Shown: positions 24,211 through 32,894 of the stretch, piece after piece
How the letters are laid out: the number at the start of each line of letters is the position of its first letter
How positions within the stretch are numbered: the first letter of the stretch is position 1
Assembly (NCBI GenBank): GCA_035541855.1
Contig: DATKMM010000031.1
Span: forward strand, 1 to 37,570
Source: Minisyncoccota bacterium
Lineage (GTDB): Bacteria; Patescibacteriota; Minisyncoccia; UBA6257; 2-01-FULL-56-20
Direction: 5' to 3'
Length of the DNA stretch: 37,570 nucleotides
Notes under the pieces: generated by a model
The model's database searches: none
The model's input: only the letters and a program-made list of their open reading frames with translations
What the model was told of the DNA's origin: nothing
Made by a program: the position numbers and the translations under genes

Positions 24211-25386
24211 GTGAGAAAAAACGGGAATGGTAAAAGGCTCAACCCCGCCAAGCTCGGGGACGAAGCTGGAAAATTGGAGGCCGATCTGTGCGTGCGGGTC
24301 GTCGGCCAACGCCAGGCGATCGAACAAGTGGTGAATATCTACCAGGCCTTCCTGGCCGGAATGTCGGATCCGGGAAGGCCGATTGGCAATTTTCTCTTCC
24401 TTGGACCGAGCGGTTCCGGGAAGACGCGGCTCGTCGAAGCCGTCGCGGAAAGCTTTGTGGGCGACCGGGGCGCCGTTATCAAGGTCGACTGCGCTGAATT
24501 CCAGCATAGTCACGAGATCGCCAAACTGATTGGCTCGCCGCCGGGATATCTTGGCCACCGCGAAACGCACCCCTTGTTCAGCCAGGAAGTGCTGCAGCAG
24601 TACTACACCGAGCACGTCAAGCTCAGTTTCGTCCTGTTCGACGAGATCGAGAAAGCCAGCGACGCGCTCTGGAACCTGCTGCTCGGCATCCTCGACAAGG
24701 CGACGCTCACGCTCGGCGACAACCGCCGCGTCGATTTCTCGCATACCATGATCTTCATGACGAGCAATCTGGGCGCCACGGAGATAAGCGCGATCCTGCG
24801 CCCCAGTCTCGGATTCGCCGCCGGCGAAGCGGAACGCACGCGTTCCACGGGTGTGATAGGCGACTCGCTGGCCGGCAAGATTTCGCGCGCCGCCATCGAG
24901 GCCACCCGGCGCAAGTTCACGCCGGAGTTCATCAATCGACTGGATAAGATAGCGGTCTTTCATCCTCTTAGTGAGGATGAATTACGCCAGGTCCTCGACA
25001 TCGAGCTGGGGATCGTGCAACAGCGCGTCTTCCACTCAGCCAACGGCGCCCCGTTCGTGCTCACGTTTACCAGGTCCGCGAAAGATGCTTTCCTGCGCGA
25101 AGGCATCGACCTGCAGTACGGCGCGCGCCACCTGAAGCGGGCGATCAACCGCTTGCTCGTACATCCCCTCTGTAACCTTATCGCCACCGCGCAGGTACAC
25201 AGCGGCGATAAGGTCAAGGTGGATTACGACGACGCCATCGGTCAGATAGCCTTCTTCATAGAAGAAGAGGCCATGGCGCCGTACACCATGATGCAAGTGA
25301 TAGAATCAGCCGCACCGGATTCCCTGGCGGCGGCGGCCGGAGCTGAACGGACGAGGTCCACCAAGGCAAGGGCCTCGCGTCGATAA
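24211..25386 (+). CDS. single-ring Clp/Hsp100-type AAA+ ATPase (ClpB/ClpA D2-like module only)
   Basis: GTG start preceded by AAAGGGGA. Motifs: VVGQRQAIEQV, Walker A GPSGSGKT, Walker B VLFDEIEKA, sensor MTSNLGA and the D2-small-domain GARHLKRAINR. There is no N-domain, D1 ring or middle domain. Confidence 0.75.
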   Translation: MRKNGNGKRLNPAKLGDEAGKLEADLCVRVVGQRQAIEQVVNIYQAFLAGMSDPGRPIGNFLFLGPSGSGKTRLVEAVAESFVGDRGAVIKVDCAEFQHSHEIAKLIGSPPGYLGHRETHPLFSQEVLQQYYTEHVKLSFVLFDEIEKASDALWNLLLGILDKATLTLGDNRRVDFSHTMIFMTSNLGATEISAILRPSLGFAAGEAERTRSTGVIGDSLAGKISRAAIEATRRKFTPEFINRLDKIAVFHPLSEDELRQVLDIELGIVQQRVFHSANGAPFVLTFTRSAKDAFLREGIDLQYGARHLKRAINRLLVHPLCNLIATAQVHSGDKVKVDYDDAIGQIAFFIEEEAMAPYTMMQVIESAAPDSLAAAAGAERTRSTKARASRR

Positions 25387-25413
25387 CGATCCGGCTCTTT
25401 ACCCCATTACCCC

Positions 25414-25449
25414 ACGGCGCTTCCCGCATCGGAAGCGCCGTTTTTATTT
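25414..25449 (+). terminator. intrinsic terminator after the AAA+ gene
   Basis: ACGGCGCUUCC-loop-GGAAGCGCCGU followed by TTTTTATTT. Confidence 0.6.
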
Positions 25450-25466
25450 CCCATCCGCACCTCAAC

Positions 25467-25541
25467 TGGTGCCCTCGTGAGGAATTGAACCTCAATCTTC
25501 TCCTTCGGAGGGAGATGTCCTATCCGTTGAACTACGAGGGC
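25467..25541 (-). tRNA. tRNA-Arg (anticodon CCG), CCA encoded
   Basis: Reverse complement folds as acceptor GCCCUCG/CGAGGGC, anticodon stem UCUCC/GGAGA with loop CUCCGAA, T arm UGAGG-UUCAAUU-CCUCA and a 3' ACCA. Confidence 0.9.
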
Positions 25542-25570
25542 GGCGATCGGACCCGCAGGTCCTGTCCCGG

Positions 25571-26674
25571 CTACTTTACTATAAAACCGATGATTTGATA
25601 AGCGGCGGCGGCGATAAAAACCAGCGCGATAGCGTCGAGCAGGAACTTCTGCGCGGGCGGCGGGGCGAGCGCCCGGCGGCCGATGGCGACGATCAATAAA
25701 TATTGCACGCTCAAAAACACGCCACCAACCAGGGTGACGACCACCAAAAAATCATTCAACCCGGCCATCACGCACGCCAGCGGGAAAAAGATGATGAGCG
25801 CCCGCGATCCGACCCGGTTCCACCGCAGGTCCTTCTCGAGGGCGTTCCTGATCTCGCGGGAGATCGGCATCGAACTCGTGGCGACCGCGAAAAGACCCAG
25901 CGCGGCGATGACACCGCGCTTCCAGGGCTCCCATCCGCCAAGACCCGATATCGTGTCCGGCGTTATCTGCGCGCCGCTGCCCAGGATTCCCGAAACGAAC
26001 AGCAAGTAGAGCAGGACGGCGAGCAGCGTTCCCGCAACCAACGGAAGCCACGACGCGAATTTCCAGCGCTTGCCCCTGCTCGATTCGTACGCCGGCTCCA
26101 CGGAGGTCCATCCGGCCACCGAGAAAAGGACGGCTCCAAAAGGCAGGAATGCGCTCGCCATATTGACCGCCGGCGCCCCGCCGAAGCCAAGATGCGGCAG
26201 GGTGGTGACGAAAATGAGCACGATCACGAGCGCGGTGAAGAGGATCCCGACCATTTCTAGTTCAACCACGCGGGCATCGCCGAGAAGCACGATCCCGGCG
26301 ATGAACGCCCAGAACGCCGCGACAGCGATCCCCGGCGGGATCCCCGGGAAACCAAGCTGGATGAACTGGCTGCCAAGGATAAGATAGGCAACCAGCGCCA
26401 GCAGCAGCCCGAGGACGATCGCCGTGAACCCGACCCAGAAACCGCCCGGGCCGAAATACTGGCGCGCCAGCCCCAGCAGGCGCTCTTTCTCCCCGCTGGC
26501 CTCAAGCGTCCTGAAGTAAACCACATGCGCCACGGCGACCATCGCGCCGAGCACGGCAAGATACAGCAGACACAGCAACCACCCCGCTTGGTAGAAAACG
26601 AACGGCAGGGCAAACACGCCATCCCCCACCGTCGCCGCCGCTACGATCGCGGCAACCTTCCAGAATCGGCGCAT
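25571..26674 (-). CDS. amino-acid permease-like polytopic membrane transporter (Aa_trans / aromatic amino acid permease-type)
   Basis: 367 aa with about 10-11 TM helices. The N-terminal block VGDGVFALPFVFYQAGW is typical of this transporter class. Substrate is unknown. Confidence 0.55.
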   Translation of the reverse strand: MRRFWKVAAIVAAATVGDGVFALPFVFYQAGWLLCLLYLAVLGAMVAVAHVVYFRTLEASGEKERLLGLARQYFGPGGFWVGFTAIVLGLLLALVAYLILGSQFIQLGFPGIPPGIAVAAFWAFIAGIVLLGDARVVELEMVGILFTALVIVLIFVTTLPHLGFGGAPAVNMASAFLPFGAVLFSVAGWTSVEPAYESSRGKRWKFASWLPLVAGTLLAVLLYLLFVSGILGSGAQITPDTISGLGGWEPWKRGVIAALGLFAVATSSMPISREIRNALEKDLRWNRVGSRALIIFFPLACVMAGLNDFLVVVTLVGGVFLSVQYLLIVAIGRRALAPPPAQKFLLDAIALVFIAAAAYQIIGFIVK

Positions 26675-26689
26675 GCATTCATTGTACCA

Positions 26690-27865
26690 TCAGAACTTGG
26701 TTGTCTGCGGCGTTCCGAGGCCCGTCACGTAGTCATATCGCTTGCGCGCCGCACACAGATAGCCGCAATCACCGTTCAAACCGCTCGTGATATCGCGGAA
26801 AAACGTCAGCGTCCCGGCCGAAGCCTTGTCCGCGTATATCTTTGCCAGCGAGACGGAAGCGCCAAGCGCCTCGATAGCCGCCCATTGCGGCGCCCCCGCG
26901 GAGGTCCCTCCCACGGTGTACCATCCGTTCTTATAGGAACCGGTGGTTTTATACACCGGGTACCCCGTCGCCGGGTCGGCATTGTAGGCAACGTCCGGGA
27001 CCGCGCGCATGCCGGCCGCCTTCGGGATGCTGTACGCCGCCTGATACTCCGGCTGCTTCTCGTACGCGCTCACGCCCCCGCCGCTCCCCTCCCAGGCCAG
27101 TTCTTTGACGAATTTCCCCGTCGAGCTCGCGAGCACCAGCGTCGTCCCGCCGACACCGACCACGTTCGGCGCGGATGCCGGCCAGCTCACGCCGGCGCCA
27201 TCGTCGCCCGACGCCGCGAAGAAAACCGGCTGGCCATTGCTCCGGCTCTTGAAATGCGGGTCGTAGGTAAGCTGGTCGGAAAATTCCGCGCCGCCCCAGC
27301 TCATCGAGACCGCGACGACATCCTTCCGCGCCGCGGCGTAATCGACCGCCGCCATCAGGTTCGCGCCGCTCTGCGTCTTCGCCTCTACCAGCAGTATCTT
27401 CGCCTTGGGAGCGATCGCATGCGCCCACTCGACATCGAGCGCGGTCTCAAGCGACCAGCCGCTGCTCGAACCCGTGGAACTCGCCATGTCGTGTTTTTCG
27501 AAACAGCCGTTCTTCGTCGTGCACGCCGCGAGGCCGTATGCCGCATTGAACACCGCGAGGTCGCTCTCCGCCGTCGCATCGTCGTAAGCGTCAATGACCG
27601 CGATCGTCCCCTTCCCGCCGGTCGAAGGGAGATTGTACGCCTTCTTGATCTGCGCCGGGGTCACGCCCTGCGGCTTCGCCGCCGCCGCGCGGTACACGTG
27701 GATCGGCGGGTTCCCCTGGAAATCCGCGAACCGATACGCCGCCACGGCAAGCAGCATCGGCCCCAAGCTCAACCGGCCCGGCAAACCCAATCCCCACGGA
27801 GAAAGGAACGCGGTAGCGGCCGCGATGAACGCAGCAAGCGCCGCAAAATATTTTTGATGTCTCAT
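26690..27865 (-). CDS. S53 (sedolisin/kumamolisin-like) serine-carboxyl peptidase, N-terminally anchored, no recognisable pro-domain
   Basis: VTPAQIKKAYNLP at the start of the catalytic domain, then ETALDVEWAHAIAPKAKI, SMSWGG and GGTSAGAPQWAAI (catalytic Ser block). There is an N-terminal hydrophobic signal or anchor. Confidence 0.7.
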   Translation of the reverse strand: MRHQKYFAALAAFIAAATAFLSPWGLGLPGRLSLGPMLLAVAAYRFADFQGNPPIHVYRAAAAKPQGVTPAQIKKAYNLPSTGGKGTIAVIDAYDDATAESDLAVFNAAYGLAACTTKNGCFEKHDMASSTGSSSGWSLETALDVEWAHAIAPKAKILLVEAKTQSGANLMAAVDYAAARKDVVAVSMSWGGAEFSDQLTYDPHFKSRSNGQPVFFAASGDDGAGVSWPASAPNVVGVGGTTLVLASSTGKFVKELAWEGSGGGVSAYEKQPEYQAAYSIPKAAGMRAVPDVAYNADPATGYPVYKTTGSYKNGWYTVGGTSAGAPQWAAIEALGASVSLAKIYADKASAGTLTFFRDITSGLNGDCGYLCAARKRYDYVTGLGTPQTTKF

Positions 27866-27972
27866 AGCTCCATTCTCCGCCCCATTACGCCGTCATTCAA
27901 GCAGTTTTTTATAATTTCTTCAGTTGCGGGTTGTTTTATTCCGAAAAATCAATACAATACAAGCAAGACCAG

Positions 27973-28059
27973 GGAGGGTTGGCAGAGTGGTCTAACGCGC
28001 CGCACTCGAAATGCGGTTGGGGAGAAATCCCCTCACAGGTTCGAATCCTGTACCCTCCG
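27973..28059 (+). tRNA. tRNA-Ser (anticodon CGA), type II; CCA not encoded
   Basis: Acceptor GGAGGGU/ACCCUCC, anticodon stem CCGCA/UGCGG with loop CUCGAAA, long variable arm GGGGAGAAAUCCCC, and T arm ACAGG-UUCGAAU-CCUGU. Confidence 0.9.
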
Positions 28060-28218
28060 CCCGTTCGTTCGCGGTTCGAGAGACCTTCCGGCCTCGTGTT
28101 TTGTTATCTTTTTGAAATGCAGTTCAGGCGACGAAAGCCGGCAGGCGTCCGGGATTCGAACCGGCTCTGATTCCGGGGAGCATCAGATTGGCATGCGATA
28201 GGTAACGGATGTATCGTT

Positions 28219-28902
28219 ATGGTAATGAACGCCCTTATCCGGAAAGCGATCGTGCAATCAATTTCAGGGATCGCCTTCTTCGTGGCCATCATCTACTTCA
28301 GCGCAGGAACATGGCACTATTGGCAGGGCTGGCTTTTTCTCGGCGTATTCACGCTTTGCACCATCGGATTCACCGTGTATCTCTTTCTTTACGATGTGCC
28401 GCTCCTTGAGCGACGGATGAACGCCGGACCCTGGAAGGAAAAGGAGAGGTCGCAGAAGATCATCGTCTCGCTCATCATGATCTCTTTTTTCATCTTTATG
28501 ATCCTCCCCGCAGTGGACCATCGTTACGGACTTTCGCCGGTTCCCGCCTGGGCAAGCATCCTTGGCGATCTTATCATCGCCCTCTCCTTCCTTTTTATCT
28601 TTTGGGTTATACGCGTCAACAGCTTCGCGGCGTCCAATATTTCCGTCGCATCCGGCCAAACAGTGATCTCGAGCGGACCGTATGCTTACGTGCGCCACCC
28701 CATGTACGCGGGAGCACTTTTGCTTTTTGTCGGAGTTCCCCTTGCGCTTGGTTCGTGGTGGACCATAGCGCTCATCGTTCTCTTTATCCCCATACTTTTA
28801 TGGCGGCTTTTGGACGAAGAAAGAATATTACGGAGAGACCTGCCCGGCTATGTCGAGTATACGCAGAAAGTACGGTTCCGTTTGGTGCCGTACGTTTGGT
28901 AA
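28219..28902 (+). CDS. isoprenylcysteine carboxyl methyltransferase / phospholipid methyltransferase family membrane protein
   Basis: Multi-TM protein with the C-terminal block GPYAYVRHPMYAGALLLFVGVPLALGSWW...EERIL characteristic of the ICMT/PEMT family. Confidence 0.75.
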   Translation: MVMNALIRKAIVQSISGIAFFVAIIYFSAGTWHYWQGWLFLGVFTLCTIGFTVYLFLYDVPLLERRMNAGPWKEKERSQKIIVSLIMISFFIFMILPAVDHRYGLSPVPAWASILGDLIIALSFLFIFWVIRVNSFAASNISVASGQTVISSGPYAYVRHPMYAGALLLFVGVPLALGSWWTIALIVLFIPILLWRLLDEERILRRDLPGYVEYTQKVRFRLVPYVW

Positions 28903-28908
28903 GGTATA

Positions 28909-29130
28909 TTACAGTTTTTTCCGAAGATATTCGAAAACGATATAACCGATAAATGCGGCTACGACGGCAATGATGAAGTTGGGCAGGGTAAAAATATTGA
29001 GAATAGCCCACACGAGACCCCTCTCCCGTCCCATGCCCGAACTGGTAAATTGACCCATCAAAAGATTGGCATAAAAGAGGAACACAATAAATGCAACTTC
29101 AACGATTGCTCTTTGCAGATTTTTTTTCAT
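28909..29130 (-). CDS. hypothetical two-TM small membrane protein, translationally coupled to the kdp operon
   Basis: 73-aa ORF whose ATG (29128-29130) overlaps the TGA of the upstream KdpD-N gene (TGATG). Two hydrophobic helices. Confidence 0.55.
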   Translation of the reverse strand: MKKNLQRAIVEVAFIVFLFYANLLMGQFTSSGMGRERGLVWAILNIFTLPNFIIAVVAAFIGYIVFEYLRKKL

Positions 29131-30242
29131 CAGATCATAACGATATGCACGTCCGGCAATTTTTCGACAAGCGTTTCGGTCACCGATCTCTTGAATTTCG
29201 CGAGTCCCCGTTTCGGCGTCGGATGCCCCTGTACCAAATGCGTAACGCCGTTCGCGCGGACGAATTGGATCAACGCCTGTGCGACATTATCATCCTTTAA
29301 CGTGAATGTTTCCGCGCCCATGCTTTTCGCGAGTCCCATGATCTTCGCGGTTTCGTCGCGGACCGGGGAAAGCGCCCTGCTTTCTTCGGCAGCGGTAAGA
29401 ACATGTACCACGTACCATGCGGCATTGAGCTGCGCCGCCAATCGCGAGGCTGCCCGCAAGATCTCTTCGCTGTTCGATTCCCCGCCGCGGATGCGGACCA
29501 TGATCTTGTTGAGCGCGCTGGGTTTTGTTTTGGCGTGGAACTTTTCGCGCTGCCGTTTGTCCAAGAGATTCGCCGTTTCGCTCAAGGCTAATTCCCGCAA
29601 GCGCGTGAGATTCTCGATCGTGAAGAAATTATTGAGCGCCGCATCGATGCGGTCGGGCTTGTAGATCTTCCCCGCCCGCAGACGCTCGATGAGGTCCATG
29701 GCCTCGATATCGACGTTCGTTATGAGATCGGCTTGCGCCACGATGGAATCCGGGATGCGCTCGGCCACCTTCACCCCCGTGGCTTTTTCCACAATGTTAT
29801 AGAGCGATTCGAGGTGCTGGACGTTGAGCGTCGTAATGACGCTGATCCCCGCGTTGAGGAGGTCTTCCACGTCTTCGTAGCGTTTCTCATACTTGCCGCC
29901 CGGGGCGTTCGTGTGCGCAAGCTCATCGACCAACGCCACGGTCGGACGGCGCCTGAGGACGGCCGCGAGGTCCATCTCCCTGAGCTCAAGATTCCCATGC
30001 TGCACGATCCTCGGCGGCACGACCTCCAATCCCGTCGCCTGCGCGATCGTCTCGGGACGCTCGTGCGGCTCCATGTAGCCGATCACCACGTCCACACCCG
30101 CTTCCAAAAGCGACCTGCCCTTCTGCAGCATGCGGTAGGTCTTGCCGACGCCCGCGGCGGAACCGAGGTAGATCTTAAGCTTGCCCCGTTCGCCGGTATC
30201 GATCAATTGCAAAAAATCATCAGGAGTTTGATGGTAGGCCAT
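29130..30242 (-). CDS. kdpD: KdpD N-terminal sensor domain plus USP domain protein (no histidine kinase module)
   Basis: LKIYLGSAAGVGKTYRMLQKGRSLLEAGVDVVIGYMEPHERPET is the KdpD N-terminal P-loop domain. A USP-like C-terminal half follows. The protein ends at 370 aa with no TM, HisKA or HATPase regions. Confidence 0.8.
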   Translation of the reverse strand: MAYHQTPDDFLQLIDTGERGKLKIYLGSAAGVGKTYRMLQKGRSLLEAGVDVVIGYMEPHERPETIAQATGLEVVPPRIVQHGNLELREMDLAAVLRRRPTVALVDELAHTNAPGGKYEKRYEDVEDLLNAGISVITTLNVQHLESLYNIVEKATGVKVAERIPDSIVAQADLITNVDIEAMDLIERLRAGKIYKPDRIDAALNNFFTIENLTRLRELALSETANLLDKRQREKFHAKTKPSALNKIMVRIRGGESNSEEILRAASRLAAQLNAAWYVVHVLTAAEESRALSPVRDETAKIMGLAKSMGAETFTLKDDNVAQALIQFVRANGVTHLVQGHPTPKRGLAKFKRSVTETLVEKLPDVHIVMI

Positions 30243-30265
30243 GGCTCAATCATATCGCCCCGGCG

Positions 30266-30862
30266 TCATTTCCGCACCGGGTACTGGTTATCAAGCGCGA
30301 TATTCAGCGTAAGGACGTTCACGCCCGGCTCGCCAAAAACGCCCAAGCTGCGCCCGTCGGTATTCGCTTCGATCAGGGACTCCACGTCGGAGAGCGGGAT
30401 GTTCCGCGCCTTCGCAACGCGTGGCGCCTGGATCGCGGCGTTCGCAATGCTGATCTCCGGGTCAAGGCCGCTCCCCGATGCCGTTACCGCATCGGCTGGG
30501 ACGGGCGTACTCGAAGACAATCCGTTCTCCGAGCGGTAGGCGGCGATATTCTGCTGGATCATCGTCGCGAGCTTTTGCGAGGTCGGACCGAGATTTGTCC
30601 CGCCGGACGCAGTAGGATCGTAGCCCGCTCCTGCCGCCGAAGGACGCGGCTCGAAATATTGCGGCCCGCTGAAATTCTGCCCGATGAGCGCGGAGCCGAT
30701 CACCGTGCCGCCCGCGTCCGTGATCAAGCTGCCGTTCGCCTGCCACGGGAAGAGCGCCTGCCCGAACGCCCATACGGCGAGCGGATAGATGCCGCAGAGG
30801 ATGACCGCGAAGACGAGCGTCGCGACGACCGATATTCGGATCTGTTTCAGGAATTCTTTCAT
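30266..30862 (-). CDS. kdpC: potassium-transporting ATPase subunit C
   Basis: 198 aa with an N-terminal TM helix followed by the KdpC pattern FGQALFPWQANGSLI...IGQNF...YF.PRPSA...SGGTNLGP...VTASGSGLDPEISI. Confidence 0.88.
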   Translation of the reverse strand: MKEFLKQIRISVVATLVFAVILCGIYPLAVWAFGQALFPWQANGSLITDAGGTVIGSALIGQNFSGPQYFEPRPSAAGAGYDPTASGGTNLGPTSQKLATMIQQNIAAYRSENGLSSSTPVPADAVTASGSGLDPEISIANAAIQAPRVAKARNIPLSDVESLIEANTDGRSLGVFGEPGVNVLTLNIALDNQYPVRK

Positions 30863-30866
30863 TGGT

Positions 30867-32885
30867 TTAGACGAGGTGAAGCGCGGTTATCGCGAGGTCG
30901 ATGAGCTTGATGCCGATAAACGGAGCGATGATGCCGCCGAGCCCGTAAATGATGAGGTTCCGGCGCAGGACCGTGGCGGGAGGCAGCGGCCGGAACTTCA
31001 CGCCTTTCAATGCGAGCGGGATCAGGAGAATGATGATGATCGCGTTGAAGATGACCGCGGAAAGCACGGCGCTGTAGGAACTCGTGAGATGCATGACGTT
31101 CAGGGGCGCGATAGCCGGGAAGGTGGCGAGGAGCATGGCCGGGATGATGGCGAAATATTTCGCGACATCGTTCGCGATGCTGAAGGTCGTGAGCGCTCCG
31201 CGCGTCATGAGCATCTGCTTGCCGATCTCTACGATCTCGATGAGCTTCGTCGGATTCGAATCGAGATCGACCATGTTGCCCGCTTCTTTCGCCGCTTGCG
31301 TGCCCGTGTTCATCGCGACGCCGACATCGGCCTGCGCGAGCGCGGGCGCATCGTTCGTGCCATCGCCCGTCATGGCGACAAGGCGGCCTCCTGCCTGTTC
31401 CCTGCGGATGAGATCGAGCTTGTCTTTCGGTTTCGCTTCGGCGAGAAAATCATCCACGCCCGCTTCCTTGGCGATCGCGGCCGCCGTGAGCGGATTGTCA
31501 CCCGTGATCATGATCGTCTTGATGCCCATCTCGCGGAACAGATTGAACCGTTCGACGAGGCCGCCCTTCACGACATCCTTCAGATAAATGACGCCGAGGA
31601 TCTTGTCGTGCGTCGCGACGACGAGCGGCGTGCCCCCCGCTTTCGCGATCCGCTCCACTTCCATCTCGGTATCCTGCGTGAACTTTCCGCGCGACCAATG
31701 GCGGATCGCATTCGCTTCGCCTTTGCGGTATTTCGTGAATTCCAGGTCGAGCCCGCTCATGCGCGTCTGCGCCGAAAACGGAACGAAGGTGGCGGACGGC
31801 ATCTCGTGGATCTCGCGCTCGCGGATGCCGAACTGCTTCGCAAGGACCACGATGCTCCGGCCTTCGGGCGTCTCGTCGGCGAGCGACGCAAGCTGGGCCG
31901 CATCAGCGAGTTCTTCCACAATCACCCCCGGAGCCGGAATGAATTCCGTCGCGTGCCGATTGCCAAGCGTGATCGTCCCCGTCTTATCGAGGAGCAACAC
32001 ATCCACGTCGCCCGCCGCTTCGACCGCGCGCCCGCTCATCGCGAGCACGTTATGCTGGACGAGCCGGTCGATGCCCGCGATGCCGATCGCGGAAAGCAAA
32101 CCGCCGATCGTCGTGGGAATAAGGCAGACGAGGAGCGCGACGAGAACGGTGATCGAGAACGTCGTTCCGGCATAGATGCCCATCGGCAGGAGCGTGATGA
32201 TGACCACCATGAAGATGATCGTAAGCGCCGAGAGCAGGATCGTGAGCGCGATCTCGTTCGGCGTCTTCTGGCGCTTCGCGCCCTCGACGAGCGTGATCAT
32301 ATGATCAAGGAAGCTCTCGCCGGGATTCGCGGTAATGCGCACCTTGATCTGGTCGGAGAGCACTTTCGTGCCGCCGGTGACCGCGCTCCGGTCGCCGCCC
32401 GCTTCCCGGATAACGGGAGCCGACTCCCCGGTGATCGCCGATTCGTCAACCGTCGCCGCGCCTTCGACGATCTCGCCGTCGCCCGGGATCGTATCGCCCG
32501 CCGCGACCAGGACAATGTCGCCCTTCCGCAAAAGTTCCGCGCCGATCTTCTCGAGCTCGCCATCGTGCTTGAACCGCATCGCGAAAAGCTGGGTCCGCGA
32601 TCTGCGGAGCGCGTCCGCCTGCGCTTTGCCGCGCCCTTCCGCCATCGCCTCCGCGAAGTTCGCGAAGAGCACCGTAAACCAAAGCCATAGGGCGATTTGG
32701 ATCACAAAACCCTGCGGCTCGTGGCTCAGCCAGATCTCAATGGTCGTCACGATCGCGCCGATCATCGTCACGAACATCACCGGATTTTTCACCATCCGGC
32801 GCGGATCAAGCTTCAAGAAGGCATCTTTGATCGCGGGGAAGATGATGGTTGTATCGAATATGCTGCGCTGTTGTTTGATGGCCAT
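30867..32885 (-). CDS. kdpB: potassium-transporting P-type ATPase subunit B
   Basis: P-type ATPase motifs [17 protein letters not shown] and [17 protein letters not shown], with a KdpB-type N-terminus. Confidence 0.92.
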   Translation of the reverse strand: MAIKQQRSIFDTTIIFPAIKDAFLKLDPRRMVKNPVMFVTMIGAIVTTIEIWLSHEPQGFVIQIALWLWFTVLFANFAEAMAEGRGKAQADALRRSRTQLFAMRFKHDGELEKIGAELLRKGDIVLVAAGDTIPGDGEIVEGAATVDESAITGESAPVIREAGGDRSAVTGGTKVLSDQIKVRITANPGESFLDHMITLVEGAKRQKTPNEIALTILLSALTIIFMVVIITLLPMGIYAGTTFSITVLVALLVCLIPTTIGGLLSAIGIAGIDRLVQHNVLAMSGRAVEAAGDVDVLLLDKTGTITLGNRHATEFIPAPGVIVEELADAAQLASLADETPEGRSIVVLAKQFGIREREIHEMPSATFVPFSAQTRMSGLDLEFTKYRKGEANAIRHWSRGKFTQDTEMEVERIAKAGGTPLVVATHDKILGVIYLKDVVKGGLVERFNLFREMGIKTIMITGDNPLTAAAIAKEAGVDDFLAEAKPKDKLDLIRREQAGGRLVAMTGDGTNDAPALAQADVGVAMNTGTQAAKEAGNMVDLDSNPTKLIEIVEIGKQMLMTRGALTTFSIANDVAKYFAIIPAMLLATFPAIAPLNVMHLTSSYSAVLSAVIFNAIIIILLIPLALKGVKFRPLPPATVLRRNLIIYGLGGIIAPFIGIKLIDLAITALHLV

Positions 32886-32894
32886 GGTAGTCGA

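Noticed and set aside
28135-28200. A functional minus-strand tRNA or tmRNA 3' domain downstream of tRNA-Ser
   Set aside because: The T stem cannot form 5 bp (GCCGG versus CCCGG, apparently a 1-nt deletion). The anticodon-arm equivalent has a 10-nt loop, and there is no D arm, no complementary 5' acceptor strand and no CCA. At best it is a degraded fragment, and it is reported only as a possible integration scar.
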